A DNA stretch of 64,000 nt from Catajapyx aquilonaris (lineage: Eukaryota), in assembly GCA_000934665.2 (NCBI GenBank), contig KZ538227.1, positions 1 through 64,000 on the forward strand. Direction: 5' to 3'. The notes under the pieces are model-generated. The model did no database searches. It was not told where the DNA came from and worked only from the letters and a program-made list of their open reading frames with translations. Both the position numbers and the translations under genes were made by a program. Each line of letters starts with the position of its first letter. Within the stretch, counting starts at the first letter, position 1. Below, piece after piece: positions 13,201 through 24,200 of this stretch.

Positions 13201-15278
13201 AGGCACGTACAAAAATTATAATCGTGGTGTGTGGTCATAAAATTATGCAAGGGTTTGGCAAACGACGAGCAATTAATTACATTCATGTCTCCACATTTAT
13301 TTACAGCGTAATCAGAGTAGAAAAATTGCATCCTAGGAAATGAAGAGATTTTTAAACATATATAAGGACTATGGATTGTAGTGGAATAGTCCACATTTTA
13401 TTCCAGACTATGCAAATTTTCCTGGAAAGGGTTAGGTTGTTTTACCTGCTCAGCTCCTAGTGGCAGTTCCAAAATAGGGTCACCAAAGTCTCATTCTTAG
13501 CGTTCTAGCAGCCAGTTCATGAATTACGGCAAAAGGAATATTTCAAATAACTCGTGCCTTAAAAGGCCTTGTCACAAGGTACAACCTTATTATTCCTTGT
13601 TATAACCATTATTCATTAAAACATATTTTATATCACTGTACACCACAATTACATTGCTCTTTGAAAGGGGTAGTCATAGCAGCGAAACACGCCACGCGAG
13701 CTGCTTAAAAATACACAGAAGGAAAACCTGGTTACATAAAAATTGTGGGAATTAATTTGTCTCTTGGATAAAACATCCCAAATGCATAACAGCAACTACA
13801 TCCTCTAGTACATGAAATTTATTTCACTTAAATACCCGTCAAGATGCTTCTGATGCAGATACGTGCATTTGCTTGGAAAAGTCTGTGCTTTTATGATTTA
13901 CACGTGTACTGTAGGTGATGCAACTTACTGAATACAGGTACTGCGAGCTAATTTAATCCGATGCACTTTTTTAATTCACTAGCCAATTGTGTATCGACAA
14001 GTGACACATAATTTGACTCATTTCAAGTACTTTGGTGAACTTAGTGTTAAGTTCTCTGCCAGCTAAAACAAGACACATTAATTGATGGATACGACATACA
14101 CAACTCAATATACAGTATGACATATTTTTCAGGATTCCACTTCATCCCACTGTAATATTCTGTATTTACGATTGGGATTAGAAAGCCAACTTACAGTATA
14201 TTGAGTTGGCAAGAACGTCTATCTTACTCCAATTCTAAAGCATAAATTCCTAACATTTTTGTGCATTAAAGTACCTGTCATCCCTTGCAGAAAGAGGTTC
14301 TCTTTTATCTACAGCATCCTCTAAACAAGTATTAATTTACTCTCATCACCTGAAAATTACATCCTACGCACCGCCGCCGCATTTCCCCACCACAAAATGA
14401 CACGAATCCTCACATCTAAGCAATAAGCTTCCCCCACAGCATGTCCAAAAGTCACCCCCTCTATTTTGACTCAATCACCTTAAGCACCAACCAGAGCCAC
14501 GCAAAACGAGCACCATCATGCAGAATTACACGGGGACACACACTCTCCCCCTACACATAGAGGCAAAACGGATGTGTCGTGTTTTCATCACGGCGCAAAG
14601 AAAGGCAAGAGAGAGTAGCTGGGAGCTTAAACATGCGGCCAATTAGCATCCTCGTGAAAAAGAGGAGAGCGGCGAGCGGCGAAGCTTTTCCAGCGGGACT
14701 AAACGCCCAGTTAACTATCCGCACGCGTTAGGATTTGAAATCCCTGCAAATGAGACCCGCTCGCGACCGCATGTGGCGGATTGCGAGCCCCGACACGTAA
14801 GATCGACCCACATGTCATTTGAAAGGCACTTTTGACACTCCCCGACCGCCCCAATCCCTCTCTCTCTCTCTCCCTCTCTCCCTCGCCCTGTTTCCTCCCC
14901 CTACCCTGCGCGCCTCTCCCCTTCCAACTACACGCTACTCTCTCTGCCTACCTGTTGCATTCCCGGCTACAGGAACGCTATCCCTGCTGATCCCCATTCA
15001 AGGGAGAAAATAGAGGAAAGTGGGATAAAAAAAAGGACACGAATTTTCTTTCCAAAAAGTGGTTGAATGATATGACAAATATTATGGTATGTGCAGGAAT
15101 TTGAAGTGCATTTGAATTGGTGGTGGAAATTAATAAATAAGCACGAGTATCGTCGCCTGGCGGAGATTTTCCTTTACGTGAAGGAAATGAAAAGCTCCGC
15201 CAGGCGGCGATAGATGACAGGAAAAGGCCCTGCCAGCTTCGCCTGTACATTAGGCTGACCGGTGAGCAAGAAAGTAGG

Positions 15279-15295
15279 ATGGGTAGCTCTGACAA
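15279..15295 (+). CDS. Myt1: Myt1 tentative first coding exon (MGSSDK)
   Basis: ATG followed by an AA|GTTAGG donor; phase 2 matches the next exon. No homology support. Confidence 0.3.
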
Positions 15296-18200
15296 GTTAG
15301 GATAAGTTCTGTTTCATGTTAGTTCTAAAAATAATGATAATAAATAAATAATAATAAAATAATAAAATGGACTGATGACATTTTGTTTGTTTCAGAACGA
15401 GACGACGGCTGCGAAGAGAGGAGAGTGGCGATAGTAATTATGCAGTAAGCGATAAAGAGTGAGTAAAATTATTTAAAATGCGGCACTACTAAAGGTTTTA
15501 GAGTAGATACACAAAATATGCTGAAGTTATGTTAGAATCCTTAGATGATGAGAAAAAAATGCTAAAATATTTGATAAGGGAAAAATTGGCATAAGTAATG
15601 TTAGGATGTAAGAAATAAGTTCATTTCCTTCATATTTAAACCTCTTGAAAATGTCTCGCAAATCACATGCACAATTTGATGAAGATTTGTCAAGATTATG
15701 GAGACTCTCCCCGCCCCCTTCATAAACACAATAAACACGCAAACAAGTCAACACCCCACATTAAAATTGGTAAAATTATATAACCATTCACTTGTTCAAG
15801 CAAAGTAATTGCTGTAGGACTAAAATGTTGCCCCATGGGAACTACCAAATTGTTCAGCATATTTTAATGCATAAAAACAAGTGCTAAAACCTTTTTATCT
15901 GTGAAAAAACTGCACGGGAATGTAATTAATTGTACACTGGTACAATTGAATTTTTATGGAAGGTTTCGTTAAGATAACCTGCGAAAGTCACAGTTTTTAG
16001 TTTCCAAAATAAAATGACAGGTTAAATCTTTTCATAAATAACAGAATTGTTTTCGCAATGTAATTCGTCAAAGTTTTATTTCAAAACCTATATAACACCG
16101 CAGAATAATTCATGCTGTAAAGCTATAAAATGCACAAAGTGTATGGTTTCTGTGCACTATACTGCATAAAAATTGCAAAATATATTAGGTGGGCCCTTTC
16201 AGAGAATAAATTTTGCACTATGACTTCAGCGAAAAATTATGAACCTAACTGCGCACTAATTTCCATAATTTATTATACTTCTACTCGACTTCGGAAACAT
16301 TTAATGCGACTAATACTGGCGTTTAATCAAGTACCTAAATACAGTCCAGAATTCCTTGCACACTGCACAGGCTCGTACAACGCAAGAGTAATTTGGCAGG
16401 CACTGCTATCTAGCTAAGCATCCGGGTAAGGGTCGGTTACACTACTCTGTATACAGTGCTCATGTGGTTCAGAATTTAGCTCATATCCGTATCGATGGAA
16501 ATTTCACTGACTGTGAACACATACTGATCTTCAAGTTTGGGTTGGAATCACACCATTGAAAAGGCCATTAAATGTTTGAAGGTTAGGCTACAGGAGCGAG
16601 TGGAAATGAGCGTCCAAAATATTGGCTGTACTAAAGCATGTGTCTGATAAAATTGCGCTGCATCCCATCGAACATGTCTATTTCCGACATGACTGGTTTG
16701 ATACATCGCAATTTAATTAGCAGCTACCATACTACTCGTGACAGCCCGTTCCAGAAGGCTATTACTTAAAACTGAAAAAAACAGGTAATATTATAATTCA
16801 GTAGGCGGCGAAGAAATTCTGAGAGACTCAGTTACTCGATCCGTGCGAATTCTGAGCATAAAACGACAGGGTCTCGCAGGCGAGAATGTTTCAGCGGCGC
16901 AGGCCAGTGAAGCCTGAAGCATAACCGGTGCTAGAGAAAAGCGTAAAGCGTAGCTAAGGGGGGCGAAAGGCGAAGGCAAGGGAGGTGAGCTCTGATGAAA
17001 GGAACACAATGCTTGCAGGAGCGGCTCCGAAGCGGCAGCAGGAGAAGGAGGAGAAGAGGAGGAAGGAGAAGGAGAGGGCGAAGAAGGCGGCCAACTGCAC
17101 AGGCGGAAACTCACTTCTTCCGTCACCATCGGCGGCGCAAAAACAAAGGGTCCCAAGAAGACTGGGAGCTGCTCTGAGAATGCCAAGCGGGGAGACATGA
17201 CACACGAGGAGAAGGACAAAAGCTGTTCCTCCCCTGCTCCAAAGAGAAGAAGGAAAACCTCTCCTACCAACCGCATTGCCGCAGCCACCGCCACTGTCAC
17301 CTCGGCATCCACTAGTGACACTACCACTGGTGACACTCTTCCTCCGGTGCAACCCGAACCCGAGAAGAAGCCGGTAGGTGGAAAGGCCCGAAAGGACAAG
17401 GCGTGTCCGGACAAGGGCGAGGACGACGAGGACCAAAAGTGCATTCGAGAGACAGAGGCGGCGTTGAGGAGCCTGTCCGGAAGCTGCTCCACCACCGACG
17501 AGAGATACGACAACACACCCATTGTCTGCGAGAACCTATTCGAGCAGAAGGCCAAGGCGGTCGAGGTGCATGAGGACGCTTCCAACTCCCCTTCGTCGTC
17601 TCCGGCCTCATCCTCAGAGTCAGCCTGCTCGCTCAAGGACGTCATAACTCTCAGCAGCGAGTCGTCAAAGGCCAATGAGTTAGGCAGCTCGGATTCGGGC
17701 CACAAGAAGCCGGTTGCAGCAGCCAAGAAGACAGAAGGCGACAAGAAGAATCAGCCCGAAGCAAGTAAGGAGCAGCACAAGCAGCACAAGGGCAACAGAG
17801 GGGACCACAAAGAGTTTCGTCCCGCCTACCAGCAAAGCAACAATCAGGACGGTAACGACTTGGAAAACTTGCTCAAGATCGAAAACGAGTGCGCCACTAT
17901 CCAATCGCAAGTAATTCATCCCAAGGACCTAGCCGGGTCAGTTCCGAAAGATCTGGACGGAGGTCAGAACTTGGTGGAACTAAAGGCAGTGCAGAAGCAG
18001 TTGACCCCAAGCAACAAGCAGCCGGACAAGCCAAAGGAGTGCAGTACCCAGCCGTCTGCAGTCAGCGGGTACGAGCCCGACCTGAACGAGCTGGTGGACG
18101 ACTCAACCAACGAGATGGAGATTGTGGTCAGCGAGGCCGTCAAACAGGAGAACCGGATGGACGTGATGGACGACGACGATGAGGAAGACGACGAGGAGAC

Positions 18201-21200
18201 TCAGACCCAGTACGGGGAGGAGCAGCATCACCACCACAGCATCCCGATGGAAGGAGAGGACAGCGGGCAGGACATGCCCATGGGCAACGTCTCCCAGATG
18301 AAGCCTATGGGCGAGGCTCATCCGCACCACCAGCAACAGTACGGCTCTCAGCACTACGGCATGTACCCAGAAGCTCCAGCCAAATCGGGCGACGTGTCCT
18401 TGGATGAAAAGCACGCGGCCGCTTGCCTCCTCCGACTCAAGTCATCATCCAGCCCGCAACCGCCCGGGTTCGAACAACGCTCTCCGCAACAACCACCGCA
18501 ACAGCAGCAACAGCAGCAGCAGCAACAGCAACAGGCGCCGCCCACGCAACAGGCTTTCTTCCCGATGTCTCCGCAAAAGTCTCCAGGGCACTTGACTCCC
18601 GTGGCGTCTCCGGCGTCTGGAAAGCAGTACACAATCCTTCAGCCTCCGATCTGCCGGGGAGGAAACAACCTTCAAGACGCTGGCGGAGGCGGTATACAAC
18701 AAGGGAAGTCGGTTGGGGACAAAGGCTCAGCGGGGGACTGTCGCAGTGCGCCAATGTCCCCTGCCACTCCGGGAGGGACCATCAAAGGTACACAAGTCCT
18801 CGCCTGCTGTGGAAATGACGGGTTCTGAGGTCGCTCTTTGTTACAGAACCAAGCAAATGCCCAACGCCTGGTTGCAACGGTCAAGGTCACGTCACGGGCC
18901 TCTACTCCCACCATCGCAGGTAAGGTTCGCCGCAATATATTGGAGCACACAAGGCCAGGTGTCCAGGCACACGCCACTGACGTCATCCGGAATAAGTGCG
19001 AGGCTAATAAGCCTGCGCGTCTTATACCTGTGCCCATTGGGCCTGAGTGTTTATGACGTTAGTAGTACCTGTGAAAGAGGCAAATCCTCTGTCGCAGGTA
19101 CGACCAACGCAAAAGTCAGCGAGGAGAGGGACTTTACTAGTGGGCTGGACTTGGACTGGTCGTCTGCAGCAGCTTTTCTGACATTTCCTGACAATTTTAG
19201 TGCCCAAATATTAGCTAAATTTTAACTCGAGAAAAAATTTCCTAATTAACATGCGCATTAGTGCGTTTAAAAATAAAATTTCAACTGGACCATCTATGTG
19301 ATGGAGATGTTACGGTTTTACTGACAGTTCAATGTCCTCGGTGATGTCCACAAGAATACAGGGCAAGTTCATGTGGAACAGCCCGGGGGTGTGTGCCTGT
19401 AATCCTGGCCTACGTGCAACCTAAGAACCTCCCTTGTCAGGCAGTGCGGCATGAATTCAGGCGCACAACAGTGTATTGGAATGAAACGCCTTGTCTTTAA
19501 GTGCTAACTAGACTTAGAAGCTCATGACAGGAATAGTTACTAGTTTTGCTTTTAAAAAAACTCATAATTGTAAGCTTTTCTATGCGAAAATAATCAAAAT
19601 ATTTGAACTAATCAAACGATATGGAGCCTCACAATTTGTTGTAACCCAGGGTTAATTCTAGTACCACAAAATGTCTAGTGCCTCAATCCAAGTGAAGCGT
19701 TGCCTCTTAAAACCTTTATCGAGTCCAAATGAAGTTTAAGTGAGAGAGAGGCCGAGGCAATCCTGATAAGTTGCAGTTACCCTCCTTCCCCAATATTGGG
19801 GGAATCAAAGTAATTTTAACCGTAAACATTTAGAAAGTTTGGTTAAGTAGGCAAGTCTCGCCGCTCTCATCAAATTCCTGTCCATTACCTTCCAGCTTAT
19901 CGGGATGTCCTCGGAAGGACAAGGTGACCCCGGAAAGTAAGTATCCCCGAGGGAAACGTTGCTCCCTCCGGATTTCCTTCTTGTCGTATGTTAAGACACA
20001 TTCTGCATGCTTCCCCCCAAGACGAAATCTAACGTCTGCCGATGACGTGCGAAGGGAAATGCAGGCCGTAAGTGGTGCTCGTTTCATTCCAAATTGCAGT
20101 ACTTATCTTAGAGCGTATAATGTAGTGTGCCCGGTGCCTTTGGCGTAGGAAATAGGGGCATGCACCAGAATCGGAAAGTGCTCATCTCACTCTTCCAATT
20201 CATTCGGCTTTTCCCTTCTTATACTCTCAACATGGCGCGTCCAGATTGACTGTATCCTCCGTATTTCAAAAAAATGGAGTGTAAATGTGGACTTTGACCA
20301 AAAAAAATATAAAATGGGAAAAAAATTCAAATTATTGTTCTGAAAAGCCTCAAAAAAATAAGAAAAAACCGCACGCTGATTCTGTTGTTTGTCCTCTGTG
20401 CCCGTGTAGTTCTGGCCATGCATGAGACCATTCTGAAATGCCCCACCCCGGGCTGCAACGGGCGCGGTCACGTGAACAGCAATCGCAATTCGCATCGGAG
20501 CCTGTCCGGATGTCCCATCGCCGCCGCCAACAAGCAGGCGGCCAGGGAGCACAAGCAGAAGATGGCTCTCTTCCACCAGCAACAACAGCAACAACCGGGG
20601 CCACCGCAACAACAACAACCACCGACGCAGCCTCATCCAAACCCTGCTCTTCAGCACCACCAATCACAACCAACATCACAACAACAGGGGGGTAACGCGC
20701 CCGATGCAGGTTTGTTTCCTTCCTCGGCCAATATTTCAAGGGCACAGTTTTTTGTTGTTGTTTTTTGGCCTATACACACAAAGAACGTCTTTTTTGTCTC
20801 TTTTTCTATGCTATTTTTTGATTTGTTAGCTAGTCGATTTATGTGCTCGTCTTGGTGTGCTGTGTGTCCGTGTGTGATTCCAATATGTGGGGGACTGTTG
20901 GAGGCGACGAATTCCATGTGGTATCGACTCCGAGACAAGGTCAGAATGTATTTTCTAATATTTGTACAAATACTGATGAGAATCAAATTGTAGCATAACC
21001 AACAAAGACAGGGATTATCCTGTCACTATGATACGCTTATACTATCGCAAGTAATTATCCGATTTCGCTTCTCCTGCAAAAACTCATATTCACAGAAAGC
21101 TGAATTCTGCGATATAACCGCTGGTAAGATGCAAATATTCTTCAGCATTTGATGTGAACCAATATAGCTAACAAATAGCTAAGAAGCATCATAAAATAAT

Positions 21201-24200
21201 ATTAAAAGCTGTCAGTTACACTTTTAAAATTCCGACTTCTAACCGAAAATGTCCTCGCCTTCCGGAGAAATGAAGGGGGCAAACTGCCACGAAGCTTAAC
21301 ACGGTCGCCTTCTTTGTTTCAGATCCTAGTGGCAGCAACGCTTACGTGATGCGACCAATGGGATACATGAAGACAATAGGCTCCGAAAAGCCTTCGTGCA
21401 GCTACGGAGTGGGTGCCAGCGTCAACAGGACGATGGCCACCACCACCTTCCACAGAGACTGCGACAAGTTTCCCAAGGGGGAAGAGTTCAGCCCTCGCCC
21501 AGGTCAGCCCAAACCTTGACCTCGCATAACCTGTTTGCGCTCGACTTCCGAGTTAAAGTATTCGACAAATATGCCTGTATAAGCTTACACTTATCATTAT
21601 GCGTTTAGGAAAGGGAATGCCCGGCACACCGAACCCATCCACCCCAGAGATGGAAGGCGGAAGATCAGCGGACGAGGTCAAGGTCAAGACCGAAAATTCG
21701 TCCTGTCGGTTGGGCGAGGACAGCCTGAACAGTCCGGCTGTCAGCTCGTCCTGTCGGTCCACCCCTCAGACACCGGCTGCGCCAACAATGGCCGTGGCTT
21801 CAACAGGCAACCCTGGAGGTCCAGGGAGCCAGCAGGGTCGAACCTCGCACTTTGACCCCTACCTGGGCCCGGACTCGGACTCGTCCGTGTCCAGCCTGGA
21901 CGCTCTGGCCGTCCCACGAGGCCCCGGCCCCACCTCGGCGCCCACCTCGGCCACCTCCGCACCCACATACGCAGCCATGGTTGGAGTCGAGACTACGGAC
22001 GTGGCCAGCGTCCAACAGCAGCACAAGATGGATGCGTCCATGAGGCCACAGCACTACGACTCCACTCCAGGTCCGGACACCATCTCGTCCTCGGATCACG
22101 CCCGGATGCACCATCATCAAGATGCCATCAAGGCCATGCCGGACGCATCGGATCGCATGTCCTCTTACGACCCGTCCAGACTCTACGACGTCAACGGGAA
22201 TCGCGCCTACGACATACTCACTCCAAGTAAGTTGACTCATGATAACACTCGAAAGTAGTCGCATTTGACCTGCATCGTTCCCATTTAATCACCATTAGAT
22301 CCGCGGCTGTACGAAGGCGGTTCGAACCGAGTGAGCTACGACTTGCAGCGATCCTCATACGAGTCCAACCTGAACCGGTCTGCGTACGACCCGATGCAGA
22401 ACGGACGATCCATGTACGAGGAAGGAGGGGCGGCCAGCAACCCTGGCCTGAACGGGAGGCAGCAGCAGCAGCAGCAGCAGGACCTGACCGCCCAGAGCAG
22501 AGCCGCTTACGAAGCAGCCGCTTCCTCTCTCAACACGGCTTCAGGGGTCGGAATGCTCAAGAACGATCAGCACGGACAACAGCAGATCAACGCCGGATCG
22601 CTCTACGCAAGGTACCATTTCACCACGTTTGACTTAAGGACGGACGGCTGTAACCCCTTTTTCCCAGCAGGCCGATGTATCCGTACGACTCCTCGTCCAT
22701 GGGTGCTCCAGCGTCCTTTCCTTCAGCAATAAATCTCTCAGTGAAATGCGCCAATCAGCTCAAAACAGCAGGATCCACGTCTCCGGGTGGCACAGTCATG
22801 GATCTCTCCACATCCAGCCTAACACCAACTTCGCAGGTACTTTCGGAACTATTTTGATGAAATTCATTCACACTTGTCTTATCATGAACTGCACGATAAA
22901 AACATACTGTCTACGAGCATTTGAAACTGTTTCCATTGCCAATTTTTATTTTCCTGCCAAATCGGACGTATGTCACTAATTTTTATCAGTATGGTTTACT
23001 TCTAATGCTCCAACACATTTCAACGCACATATTATCTGTCAGGTGATTCCGAGCCCGCACCCGCCGTATGTGACGGGTGCAGGTGCGCCGCACTACGGAG
23101 GAGGACAAAGGGGTTTGGGCAGCCCCCAGGCGGCCCCTAGTCCTCACCTGCGGGCCAGCCCACAGGCGCCCAGTCCACAGGGTCAGACGCTGGATCTCAG
23201 CGTCAATCGCGTCCCCGTTGCAGCTGCCAGGTACGCCCTGTATGATCATGTCTCCGAACCCCGTTGTAATGAACCGAATCTGTATTCCTGCAGCGGCAAC
23301 GGGAGCTCAATGTACTCGTCGGGACCTGTGGACCAAAACAGCGGCTATCACCAGAATCTAGACGAGCAAACAGAGCCCGTGGATTTCTCCAACACCAACG
23401 AGCCTGTCAACTTCTCGAATCGGGGAGTGGATTACTCCGGACAAGCTAACGGATACAGCCGGGAGTCGACTCCGGACAGCGGTACACACTATGCGCTGGA
23501 CAGAGTCGACGGATATAGGGATGCAGGAGGTAACTGTCATTTCAGCAACATGGCACAATTTATGAGGAAAAAAATGTTACAAATTCCGCATCTTTTCAGG
23601 GTACCAACATATTCAATCCAACTCATCGTACATGCCATCAACGACTGACTACGGCAATGGCTACTCTCATTACCCCAATTACTCGTGCGGCAATTACGGT
23701 AGTTACAACTCCCCAGTGGGCAGTGGCTACACCCCAAACGGTAACTGCAACGTCAGCTACGCGCCTCTGACACCACTGCAGCAACCCACACACAACGTGG
23801 AAGAAAAGCAGATGTCCCATCCCACCAAGGAAGATGGGTAAGTACAAACTGTCTTTGTAAGCAACGACACTTGAGCACGAATCTTTTTTTACTTTTTTTT
23901 TGTAAAGCATTGATTTGTCCCACTCATCATAAACCCCCAAAAAACCGCTTTCACCTTTCTTTCTCTCTCTTGACGTCTATTCACTGTTGATAGAACGTAG
24001 ACAGTACAATCACTGCTTGAGGCATCCCTAATGCCATCTGAGAAGTCGTGTTATCCACATTAATTACGATCTAGATTTTAGATCGTCAAAGCAATAAAAT
24101 AATTGCACAAAAATTTTTCTAAGTAAAAGGCTGAATTGCATCAAATGAATTTACTTGCAAATTGACGTAATAACTGGCAGAAGGGATGTTTCACCCCCCT

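Noticed and set aside
300..15000. Many 60-140 aa ORFs upstream of MyT1
   Set aside because: Derived from simple repeats or random sequence, with no recognisable domain and no chain of splice-compatible exons.
16791..17744. 317-aa minus-strand ORF
   Set aside because: Antisense shadow of the GC-rich large MyT1 exon; low complexity with no domain.
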